Shown here: in pieces, positions 16,399 to 24,000 of the stretch | How the letters are laid out: every line of letters begins with the position of its first letter | How positions within the stretch are numbered: position 1 is the first letter of the stretch | Assembly: GCA_049889095.1 (NCBI GenBank) | Contig: JBLJFK010000002.1 | From: Ewingella sp. S1.OA.A_B6 | GTDB taxonomy: Bacteria > Pseudomonadota > Gammaproteobacteria > Enterobacterales > Enterobacteriaceae | Strand: one strand, 5' to 3' | Length of the DNA stretch: 24,000 nt | Program-made: the position numbers and the translations under genes | Notes under the pieces: generated by a model | The model's input: the letters and a program-made list of their open reading frames with translations, nothing else | Databases searched by the model: none | What the model was told of the DNA's origin: nothing

Positions 16399-16475
16399 TG
16401 GTACGCCCTACAGGATTCGAACCTGTGACCTACGGCTTAGAAGGCCGTTGCTCTATCCAACTGAGCTAAGGGCGC
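16399..16475 (-). tRNA. argU: tRNA-Arg, anticodon UCU
   Basis: The reverse complement reads GCGCCCTTAGCTCAGTTGGATAGAGCAACGGCCTTCTAAGCCGTAGGTCACAGGTTCGAATCCTGTAGGGCGTACCA. It has a cloverleaf with TCT in the anticodon loop and an encoded CCA, and is close to E. coli argU from memory. Confidence 0.95.
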
Positions 16476-16509
16476 ATTGCAGTCCCGTTAGGGAGCGTTG
16501 CGGACTCGG

Positions 16510-16537
16510 ATTATACGGGCAGACCGCAGTGAGTCAA
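16510..16537 (-). promoter_or_regulatory. Likely argU sigma-70 promoter
   Basis: The minus strand reads TTGACT (16537-16532), a 16-nt spacer, then TATAAT (16515-16510), followed by a GC-rich discriminator. The -10 lies 34 nt upstream of the mature tRNA 5' end. Confidence 0.6.
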
Positions 16538-16787
16538 TGGCTTTTGAACTCACTGCTTAATGACTGAACAATTTGCTCTTATTCTCTGCTCTGCGCGCTT
16601 TTACCGTGAGTCCGCGAAAATCTATCTCTCTGAATTGATGACCGTCGTCATAGCGCCATTCCAGCAAGCTTCTGCGCCACCCTGCTGCTATTTTATTGAC
16701 CAAGACAATTCAGCGCCTGACAGCGCGCGCCGCATCTGCCAAAATAGCCCATCCCCTGCATTTTTTAATTGATGGATTTACGCCCCG

Positions 16788-17654
16788 ATGTCAGCGAAGA
16801 TTATTGACGGTAAAACGATTGCGCAGCAGGTCAGAAATGAAGTTGCGGAAAAAGTGAAACAAAGACTGGCTGACGGTAAACGTGCGCCGGGCTTAGCTGT
16901 GGTCCTGGTCGGAGAGAACCCGGCGTCGCAGATTTACGTCGCCAGCAAGCGCCGATCCTGCGAAGAAGTGGGTTTTCTATCACGCTCTTATGATTTACCC
17001 GTCAGCACTTCCGAAGGCGAGTTGCTTAAGCTCATTGATGAGCTAAACAACGACGACGCCATCGACGGCATTTTGGTTCAGTTGCCGCTGCCTGCGGGCA
17101 TCGATAACATCAAGGTTCTGGAACGTATTCACCCAGACAAAGACGTTGACGGCTTCCACCCTTATAATGTCGGCCGCCTGTGTCAGCGTGCGCCGACTCT
17201 GCGCCCTTGCACTCCGCGCGGCATTGTGACTCTGTTGGAACGTTATGGCATCGATACCTTCGGGCTGAATGCCGTGGTGATTGGCGCATCCAATATCGTG
17301 GGCCGCCCGATGAGCATGGAGCTGCTGCTGGCCGGTTGTACCACCACCGTCACGCACCGCTTTACCAAAAATCTGCGTCACCATGTCGAAAACGCCGATC
17401 TGGTGGTGGTTGCCGTCGGTAAACCGGGGTTTATTCCCGGCGAATGGATTAAACCGGGCGCAATCGTAGTGGATGTCGGTATAAACCGTCTGGAAAGTGG
17501 TAAAGTTGTCGGCGATGTGGAATTTGATGCCGCCGCTGAGCGCGCTTCATTTATTACACCGGTGCCGGGCGGCGTAGGCCCGATGACGGTCGCGACGCTG
17601 ATTCAAAATACCTTGCAGGCTTGCGAGGAATATCACGACATCAGCGCCAACTAA
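16788..17654 (+). CDS. folD: Bifunctional methylenetetrahydrofolate dehydrogenase/methenyl-THF cyclohydrolase
   Basis: 288 aa, near-colinear with E. coli FolD ([16 protein letters not shown]..., [13 protein letters not shown]). Confidence 0.97.
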   Translation: MSAKIIDGKTIAQQVRNEVAEKVKQRLADGKRAPGLAVVLVGENPASQIYVASKRRSCEEVGFLSRSYDLPVSTSEGELLKLIDELNNDDAIDGILVQLPLPAGIDNIKVLERIHPDKDVDGFHPYNVGRLCQRAPTLRPCTPRGIVTLLERYGIDTFGLNAVVIGASNIVGRPMSMELLLAGCTTTVTHRFTKNLRHHVENADLVVVAVGKPGFIPGEWIKPGAIVVDVGINRLESGKVVGDVEFDAAAERASFITPVPGGVGPMTVATLIQNTLQACEEYHDISAN

Positions 17655-17682
17655 AAGTCAGTAACAAATAAGTCAGGAAACC

Positions 17683-17904
17683 ATGGAAACTTTTTTTCTC
17701 GAAAAACACCCGCACGTTGAACTGTGCGACCTGCTCAAATTTATGGGCTGGTGTGAAAGCGGCGCAGCGGCTAAAGCCGTGATTGCTGAAGGTCAGGTGA
17801 AGGTCAACGGGCAGGTAGAAACCCGCAAACGTTGTAAAATCCTTGCCGATCAGCAAGTTGAGTTCGCCAGCAGCAAGCTGGTCGTCAAAGCCTCAGCCGA
17901 ATAA
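17683..17904 (+). CDS. ybcJ: S4-like RNA-binding protein YbcJ
   Basis: 73 aa; FMGWCESGAAAKAVIAEGQVKVNGQVETRKRCKI. Its position after folD is as in E. coli. Confidence 0.85.
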   Translation: METFFLEKHPHVELCDLLKFMGWCESGAAAKAVIAEGQVKVNGQVETRKRCKILADQQVEFASSKLVVKASAE

Positions 17905-17921
17905 GCCTTCGGTTCTGAGCA

Positions 17922-17962
17922 TAAAAAAACGCGGAGGGGATAACCCGACCGCGTTTTTTTTA
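17922..17962. terminator. Bidirectional intrinsic terminator between ybcJ and cysS
   Basis: aaaaaaACGCGG-aggggataacccga-CCGCGTttttttt: an A-run and a T-run flank the stem. Confidence 0.7.
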
Positions 17963-17986
17963 TGCCGTTTTAGCACATCAAAAAGA

Positions 17987-19378
17987 TCACTTACGACGCC
18001 AGGTTGTACCTGACGGGCCATCTTCCAGCACAATTCCCATCTCGTTTAAGCGATCGCGCGCCATATCAGCCATGCCCCAGTCTTTGCTGGCACGGGCGTC
18101 ATTACGCTGTTTGATCAGCGCTTCGATCTCCGCCACTTCGCTATCGTCATCCGCCTGCGCGCCGGATTGCAGGAACTGCTCAGGATCTTTCTCCAGCAGG
18201 CCCAGCACGCCGCCCAACGTGCGCAGTTCGGCGGCTAATCCATTGGCGGCCTGCATGTCTTCCACTTTCAGGCGGTTGATGTCGCGCGCCATGTCAAACA
18301 GAACGGAATAGGCTTCCGGTGTGTTGAAATCATCGTCCATTGCTTCGCGAAAGCGTGTCACGAAGGCTTCGCCACCGGCAGATGCAGACTGCGCATCGGT
18401 GCCGCGCAGTGCAGTGTACAGACGCTCAAGCGAGGTACGCGCCAGCTTGAGGTTCTCTTCGCTGTAGTTCAGCTGGCTGCGGTAGTGGCCGGACATCAGA
18501 AAGTAGCGCACGCTTTCGGCGTCGTAATATTTCAGGACATCGCGCACGGTAAAGAAGTTATCCAACGATTTGGACATCTTCTCGCGGTCGATCATCACCA
18601 TGCCAGAGTGCATCCAGGTATTGACGTAAGGGCCGTCATGGGCACAGCTCGACTGAGCGATTTCGTTTTCGTGATGTGGGAACATCAGGTCAGAACCGCC
18701 GCCGTGAATATCAAAATGTTCGCCAAGCTGCTTGCAGTTCATGGCTGAACATTCGATATGCCAGCCCGGGCGCCCTTCACCCCAAGGTGAAGTCCAGCTT
18801 GGCTCCCCCGGCTTAGACATTTTCCACAGCACGAAATCCATCGGGTTACGTTTTACATCGGCGGCCACTTCAACGCGTGCACCGGCCTGCAACTGATCCA
18901 GATCCTGACGCGACAACAGACCGTAATCAGGGTCACTTTCTACCCAGAACATCACGTCGCCGTTGGAGGCCACATAGGCGTGATCGCGATCGATCAGCTT
19001 TTGCACGATCTCGATGATTTCAGCAATATGACCTGTCGCACGCGGCTCAGCGTCCGGAGGAAGAATACCGAGCGCAGCAAAATCAGTGTGCATCTCGGCG
19101 ATCATACGGTCAGTCAGTGCGGTAAAAGCTTCGCCCTTTTCTGCTGCACGTTTAATGATTTTGTCATCAATATCGGTGATATTGCGCACATATTTTAGGT
19201 CATAGCCCAGATAACGCAGATAGCGTGACACCACGTCGAATGACACAAATGTGCGACCATGGCCGATGTGGCACAGGTCGTAAACGGTTATCCCACACAC
19301 GTACATACCGACTTTACCGGCATGAATTGGCTTGAATTCCTCTTTTTGGCGACTCAGGGTATTAAAAATCTTCAGCAT
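17987..19378 (-). CDS. cysS: Cysteine--tRNA ligase
   Basis: 463 aa, with HIGH (CHIGHGRT) and KMSKS motifs. Colinear with E. coli CysRS. Confidence 0.97.
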   Translation of the reverse strand: MLKIFNTLSRQKEEFKPIHAGKVGMYVCGITVYDLCHIGHGRTFVSFDVVSRYLRYLGYDLKYVRNITDIDDKIIKRAAEKGEAFTALTDRMIAEMHTDFAALGILPPDAEPRATGHIAEIIEIVQKLIDRDHAYVASNGDVMFWVESDPDYGLLSRQDLDQLQAGARVEVAADVKRNPMDFVLWKMSKPGEPSWTSPWGEGRPGWHIECSAMNCKQLGEHFDIHGGGSDLMFPHHENEIAQSSCAHDGPYVNTWMHSGMVMIDREKMSKSLDNFFTVRDVLKYYDAESVRYFLMSGHYRSQLNYSEENLKLARTSLERLYTALRGTDAQSASAGGEAFVTRFREAMDDDFNTPEAYSVLFDMARDINRLKVEDMQAANGLAAELRTLGGVLGLLEKDPEQFLQSGAQADDDSEVAEIEALIKQRNDARASKDWGMADMARDRLNEMGIVLEDGPSGTTWRRK

Positions 19379-19597
19379 CAGGCTATTCCGTGTTGGGCAT
19401 TGAAAATGTCAATTGGGTTCATAATATAACGAAAATGACTCTACCGAAACGGCATAAGCCGCTGTGTGTCCATTGTTCGTGCATTGTTTATAAGTAGGAT
19501 AAGGCTGCTGACGCCTGCTTTTGAGTTATGGTATAAGAGAAGGCTATAGTAGCGGCTCACACGAAGAGCACACATCAACATAAGCAGGATGATTATT

Positions 19598-20092
19598 ATG
19601 GTCACTTTACACACCAACCACGGCGACATTGTTATTAAAACTTTCGCGGACAAGGCACCGGTCACCGTCGAAAACTTTCTTAACTATTGCCGTAAGGGTT
19701 TCTACGACAACACCATTTTCCACCGTGTCATCAACGGTTTTATGATTCAGGGCGGCGGCTTTGAGCCAGGCATGAATCAGAAAAATACCGATGCGCAAAT
19801 CAAAAATGAAGCCAATAACGGTCTGAAAAACAACAAAGGTACGCTGGCAATGGCCCGTACCAATGACCCGCATTCTGCTACTGCACAGTTCTTCATCAAC
19901 GTCAGCGACAACGATTTCCTTAACCATACGGGTGAAAACGACCAGGGCTGGGGTTATTGTGTGTTTGCAGAAGTGACCGATGGTCTGGACGTAGTTGAGA
20001 AGATCAAAGCCGTGAAAACAGGCCGCAGCGGCATGCATCAGGACGTTCCAAAAGAAGATGTTGTGATCCAAAGTGTGACCGTCAGCGAATAA
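19598..20092 (+). CDS. ppiB: Peptidyl-prolyl cis-trans isomerase B (cyclophilin)
   Basis: [16 protein letters not shown]...[14 protein letters not shown]; 164 aa as in E. coli PpiB. The track start at 19589 adds 3 codons. Confidence 0.95.
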   Translation: MVTLHTNHGDIVIKTFADKAPVTVENFLNYCRKGFYDNTIFHRVINGFMIQGGGFEPGMNQKNTDAQIKNEANNGLKNNKGTLAMARTNDPHSATAQFFINVSDNDFLNHTGENDQGWGYCVFAEVTDGLDVVEKIKAVKTGRSGMHQDVPKEDVVIQSVTVSE

Positions 20093-20102
20093 CTGACCTT
20101 TA

Positions 20103-20828
20103 ATGGCCACATTTTTTATCGCAGATATCCATCTTTGCGCACAGGAACCGGCAATTACTGCCGGTTTTCTGCGTTTTTTACGCGAAGATGCGCCGCAGGC
20201 CGATGCGTTGTACATCCTTGGGGATCTATTCGAAGCCTGGATAGGCGACGACGATCCGCAACCGTTGCACGGCGACATCGCAGCGGCGCTCAACACCCTC
20301 CACCAGCAAGGTGTGCCCTGTTTTTTTATTCACGGTAACCGCGACTTTCTGGTTGGGCGGCGTTTTGCCCGTGACAGCCTGATGCAAATTCTGCCGGAAA
20401 CCCAAGTGCTCGAACTGTATGGCCGCCGGTTACTGATTTTGCACGGCGACACGCTCTGTACTGACGACACCGGCTATCAACGTTTCCGCAAGAAAGTGCG
20501 CAATCCGCTAATTCAGAAAATCTTCCTCGCTCTGCCGCTAAAATGGCGTCTGTCCATTGCGGCCAGAATGCGCGCCGACAGTAAAGCATCCAACAGCGGA
20601 AAATCGCTGGAGGTCATGGACGTCAATCCGCAGGCGGTGATCAACGCGATGCAGGAGAGCGATGTCGAATGGATGATCCACGGCCATACCCATCGCCCCG
20701 CTATCCACAACATACTGCTAAAAAACGGTAAGACTGGCCACCGCGCAGTGCTGGGAGCCTGGCATGAAGAAGGTTCGATGATCACCGTTAGCGCCAACGG
20801 CGTAGAGTTAGTCACCTTTCCGTTCTGA
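20103..20828 (+). CDS. lpxH: UDP-2,3-diacylglucosamine diphosphatase
   Basis: Metallophosphoesterase motifs [23 protein letters not shown] and HGHTHRP. Colinear with E. coli LpxH. Confidence 0.95.
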   Translation: MATFFIADIHLCAQEPAITAGFLRFLREDAPQADALYILGDLFEAWIGDDDPQPLHGDIAAALNTLHQQGVPCFFIHGNRDFLVGRRFARDSLMQILPETQVLELYGRRLLILHGDTLCTDDTGYQRFRKKVRNPLIQKIFLALPLKWRLSIAARMRADSKASNSGKSLEVMDVNPQAVINAMQESDVEWMIHGHTHRPAIHNILLKNGKTGHRAVLGAWHEEGSMITVSANGVELVTFPF

Positions 20829-20864
20829 TCTTCCCTCCAGCTCTGCTTCTCATACAAACCCGCT

Positions 20865-20880
20865 ACGCAATCGTTTTCCT
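20865..20880. promoter_or_regulatory. Candidate PurR operator upstream of purEK
   Basis: ACGCAATCGTTTTCCT resembles the PurR box consensus (ACGCAAACGTTTTCNT-like, from memory). It lies ~105 nt upstream of the purE ATG. Confidence 0.55.
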
Positions 20881-20985
20881 CGCTTTGTGAGCATGATATG
20901 ATTTGCGCCCTCTCCGCCAGAAAACCTCGGTGTAAAACCTCGGAAAGTCTGGCAACGCTTGTTTAATCACAGGAGCTTTACAGAC

Positions 20986-21495
20986 ATGTCATCCAACGTT
21001 ACCCCGGCAAAAATCGCCATCGTTATGGGGTCTAAAAGTGACTGGGCGACCATGCAGTTCGCCGCCGAGGTTCTCACAACGCTGAATATTCCTTTCCATG
21101 TCGAAGTTGTTTCCGCTCACCGCACGCCAGATAAACTGTTCAGTTTTGCAGAACAGGCATCTGAAAACGGTTTGGATGTGATTATCGCAGGCGCGGGCGG
21201 CGCAGCCCATTTACCCGGTATGTTGGCAGCAAAAACGCTGGTGCCAGTGCTGGGTGTGCCAGTACAAAGCGCGGCCCTGAGCGGCGTCGACAGCCTGTAT
21301 TCTATTGTCCAGATGCCGCGCGGCATTCCCGTCGGTACGCTGGCTATCGGTAAAGCCGGTGCGGCGAATGCAGCCCTGCTGGCAGCACAGATTCTGGCGC
21401 TGCACGACGCGGAGATTGGCAAAAGTCTGGCGGCGTGGCGCAAGGCGCAAACTGATGAAGTGCTGAATAATCCCGATCCACGGGAGGAAGTATGA
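20986..21495 (+). CDS. purE: N5-carboxyaminoimidazole ribonucleotide mutase
   Basis: [28 protein letters not shown]..., [15 protein letters not shown] lies 10 nt upstream. The track start at 20959 is an upstream extension. Confidence 0.95.
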   Translation: MSSNVTPAKIAIVMGSKSDWATMQFAAEVLTTLNIPFHVEVVSAHRTPDKLFSFAEQASENGLDVIIAGAGGAAHLPGMLAAKTLVPVLGVPVQSAALSGVDSLYSIVQMPRGIPVGTLAIGKAGAANAALLAAQILALHDAEIGKSLAAWRKAQTDEVLNNPDPREEV

Positions 21496-22556
21496 AGCCG
21501 GTTTGCGTACTCGGTAACGGCCAGTTAGGCAGAATGCTGCGTCAGGCCGGTGAGCCGTTAGGTATTGCCGTTTATCCGGTTGGCCTTGATGCCGAACCCG
21601 AAGCGGTGCCTTTTCAGCAGAGCGTGATCACCGCAGAAATTGAACGCTGGCCGGAAACCGCACTGACCCGCGAACTGGCGACGCACAAAAGCTTTGTTAA
21701 CCGTGATATTTTCCCGCGTCTGGCCGACCGCCTGACGCAAAAACAACTGCTCGACCAGCTCGGGCTGGCGACGGCACCGTGGCAATTACTGGCCGATGAA
21801 GCCGAGTGGCAACAGGTGTTCGCACAGCTCGGCGAACTGGCAATTGTAAAACGCCGCGTTGGTGGTTACGACGGCCGTGGCCAGTGGCGCTTGCGTCCCG
21901 GTGAAGAAAACACATTACCTGCTGATTGCTACGGCGAGTGTATCGTTGAGCAAGGCATCAATTTCTCTGGCGAAGTGTCACTGGTTGGCGCGCGCGGCCA
22001 CGACGGCCAGACCGTATTCTATCCGCTGACTCACAATCTGCATCAGGACGGTATTCTGCGCACCAGCGTCGCGCTACCCACACCCAACGCCGCGCTGCAA
22101 CAACAGGCCGAAAGTATGTTGTCAGCCATCCTCAATGAACTGAATTATGTTGGCGTGATGGCGATGGAGTGTTTTGTGGTCAGCGAAGGTTTACTGATCA
22201 ACGAACTGGCACCGCGTGTCCACAACAGCGGGCACTGGACGCAAAACGGCGCATCCTACAGCCAGTTCGAGATGCATCTCCGCGCCATTCTCGATCTGCC
22301 ATTGCCGAAACCTGTGGTCAGTACGCCGTCGGTGATGGTCAATCTGATTGGCACGGATGTCGCGACCGAATGGCTGACTCTGCCGCTGGTGAACCTGCAC
22401 TGGTACGAGAAAGAGGTGCGCGAAGGCCGCAAGGTCGGCCATCTGAATCTGAATGACGCCAGCTCAGAGTTACTGAAAGAGACGCTGAACGCACTGGTCC
22501 CGATGCTACCGCCAGAGTACAAAAGCGGGATCGAATGGGCCATTGCGAAGCTTTGA
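21492..22556 (+). CDS. purK: N5-carboxyaminoimidazole ribonucleotide synthase (ATP-grasp)
   Basis: 354 aa, [25 protein letters not shown]...; ATGA overlap with purE. Confidence 0.95.
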   Translation: MKPVCVLGNGQLGRMLRQAGEPLGIAVYPVGLDAEPEAVPFQQSVITAEIERWPETALTRELATHKSFVNRDIFPRLADRLTQKQLLDQLGLATAPWQLLADEAEWQQVFAQLGELAIVKRRVGGYDGRGQWRLRPGEENTLPADCYGECIVEQGINFSGEVSLVGARGHDGQTVFYPLTHNLHQDGILRTSVALPTPNAALQQQAESMLSAILNELNYVGVMAMECFVVSEGLLINELAPRVHNSGHWTQNGASYSQFEMHLRAILDLPLPKPVVSTPSVMVNLIGTDVATEWLTLPLVNLHWYEKEVREGRKVGHLNLNDASSELLKETLNALVPMLPPEYKSGIEWAIAKL

Positions 22557-22566
22557 TGTGTTCCGT

Positions 22567-22594
22567 ACCGCCTCCGTTATATACCGGAGGCGGT
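22567..22594. terminator. Hairpin terminator between convergent purK and ybbP
   Basis: ACCGCCTCCG-ttatatac-CGGAGGCGGT, a 10-bp perfect stem followed by gtttta. Confidence 0.65.
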
Positions 22595-22601
22595 GTTTTA
22601 C

Positions 22602-24000
22602 TTAACCACCGTACGCTTTAAACAGCGCCCTTCCCCGCAGCAATCGCACGCCCATCCAGCCGCCGCACAGTGACAGCAGCAGCGCACTCACCAGCGGTAC
22701 CGACCACCACAGAACCAGATTCGGCTCCCATGGGAAATCAAACACCTTACGTTGCAGTATCCACAGTGAAGCTTCAGCGCCGACGGCGGCAGCAATACCG
22801 GCCACCAGCCCCAGTACGGCGAACTCACACCACAGCGTGCTGCGTAACAGTTTTTTGCTGGCACCCAGCGTGCGGTAGACGATCAACTCCTGACGACGCT
22901 GACGCATTCCCACCTGAATTTGCGCCAACAGCAATAAGCCGCCGCACAGCATCACCAAAATCACCATCACTTCCAGGGCACGACTCACCTGCTGCAACAC
23001 CTGTCCAACCTGTTTCAGCATGGCTCCTATGTCGAGCAAACTGAGCGTTGGGAACTGGCGGTTAAGCTGGGTAATCGTTTTGCCGTCACCATGATAACGG
23101 AAACTGGTCAGCCAGCTTTGCGGCTGCGCATCCAGCGCGCCCGACGGGAAGATAAAGTAGAAATTTGGTCGCAGGCTGTCCCAGTCCACTTTACGCAGGC
23201 TGGAGATTTTGGCGCTGAACTCTTGAGTATCGCCGCTGAAGGTCAGCGTATCGCCGATTTTCACGCCAAGCCGCCCTGCCAGTCCGTCGTCTATCGAGAC
23301 TTCACCGGCCTGCGGTGGCCCGTTGCCTGCTAACAGCGGATTGTGATCAGGTAGCCCCTGCATCCAGGTCAGATTCAGCTCACGGTTGACGGCCTCGCCC
23401 GCCGCATCGTCAGGTTTGATGATGTCGGTCGCGATATGCTGGTTTATCTTGGTCAGCCTGACGCGAACAATCGGATAGAAGGTTTCCGGCTCCGTCTGAT
23501 GCTGGCGCAGAAAATCGGTCACCTGTGGCACCTGATCTTTGGTGATATTCAGCAGGAAGTAGTTCGGGCTGTCCGGCGGCAACTGCTGCTCCCAGCGGTC
23601 GAGCAGATCACCGCGCAGCACCAGCAGCAAGGCCAACAACATAAATGACATGGAAAACGCCGCCAGCTGGCTAAGCGTCACCCACGGCTGGCGCACCAGA
23701 CGGTTGATCGCCAGACGCAGCGGCAGCTTGCCGACGGTGATCCGCCGCAGCAGCAACAGACTGCCCCAGCCAATAGCACCGAGCAGCAGCGACAACACCA
23801 TCACGCCCGCCAGCAGTGACCACAACAGTGTACTGCCCCCGACCAGCGCCGCCAGCAGGCCAACCACAATCACCAGCATCACCGGAATAAACCAGCGCAG
23901 CGGCCAGACGTTAGCCACCACGTCGTTACGCAGAACGCGCAGCGGCTGGGTTGCCAACAGCTGTTTGTAAGGCCGTGCACCGACCAGCAGCGAAATCACC
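22602..24000 (-). CDS. ybbP: FtsX-family ABC transporter permease (YbbP-like), C-terminal ~465 codons; gene continues past the right edge
   Basis: The frame is open to the window edge, so the track's Met is an edge artefact. It shows repeated 4-TM FtsX-type blocks separated by a soluble loop. The YbbP assignment is from memory of E. coli. Confidence 0.7.
   Translation of the reverse strand, partial: VISLLVGARPYKQLLATQPLRVLRNDVVANVWPLRWFIPVMLVIVVGLLAALVGGSTLLWSLLAGVMVLSLLLGAIGWGSLLLLRRITVGKLPLRLAINRLVRQPWVTLSQLAAFSMSFMLLALLLVLRGDLLDRWEQQLPPDSPNYFLLNITKDQVPQVTDFLRQHQTEPETFYPIVRVRLTKINQHIATDIIKPDDAAGEAVNRELNLTWMQGLPDHNPLLAGNGPPQAGEVSIDDGLAGRLGVKIGDTLTFSGDTQEFSAKISSLRKVDWDSLRPNFYFIFPSGALDAQPQSWLTSFRYHGDGKTITQLNRQFPTLSLLDIGAMLKQVGQVLQQVSRALEVMVILVMLCGGLLLLAQIQVGMRQRRQELIVYRTLGASKKLLRSTLWCEFAVLGLVAGIAAAVGAEASLWILQRKVFDFPWEPNLVLWWSVPLVSALLLSLCGGWMGVRLLRGRALFKAYGG

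Noticed and set aside
16560-16772. Plus-strand 70-aa ORF between argU and folD
   Set aside because: It has no SD and sits in the folD/argU promoter region. It is unlikely to be coding, though I cannot exclude it.
19607-20296. Minus-strand 229-aa ORF
   Set aside because: It is antisense to ppiB and the lpxH 5' end, both near-identical in layout to the E. coli genes.
1-24000. Looked for CRISPR repeat-spacer arrays, IS inverted repeats with transposases, rRNA, additional tRNAs and known defence-gene signatures (nuclease, ATPase, methylase or reverse-transcriptase motifs)
   Set aside because: None was seen by eye. The only regular repeats are the two modules at 5.8/6.4 kb and short hairpins. 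No large ATPase, nuclease or methyltransferase ORF exists in the island.

Overview
Enterobacterales chromosomal window in three blocks. (1) 1-8588 is ordinary core or accessory DNA. It holds a minus-strand operon (OmpR-type response regulator, histidine kinase, RND adaptor lipoprotein, RND pump running off the left edge) and a divergent MipA/OmpV-like outer-membrane gene. It also holds an AT-rich spacer, a DUF1304 membrane protein bracketed by two sibling hairpin modules, and a Cache-type methyl-accepting chemotaxis protein. (2) About 8.6/9.5-16.4 kb is a heavily deleted P22/DLP12-type lambdoid prophage abutting the 3' end of tRNA-Arg(UCU) (argU). From the tRNA inward it carries int, an overlapping P22-like xis and a coupled 70-codon ORF, then directly a TM-less Rz fragment with an overlapped Rz1 lipoprotein. 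Further in are an opposite-strand AT-rich two-gene moron, a small ORF plus terminator, and an HExxH phage metallopeptidase. The last items are an in-frame chimera of a DUF2280 (small-terminase-like) N-terminus with a tape-measure body, an 84-codon ORF and a Fic remnant. (3) 16.4-24 kb is housekeeping synteny as in E. coli: folD, ybcJ, cysS, ppiB, lpxH, purE, purK, ybbP (runs off the right edge). No CRISPR array, IS element or rRNA was seen. I cannot recognise a known multi-gene defence system. The least explained items are the moron pair (13116-14077), the chimeric 695-codon ORF and the paired RNA-like modules around the DUF1304 gene. All homology statements come from reading the translations and from memory of protein families. 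No search was run.
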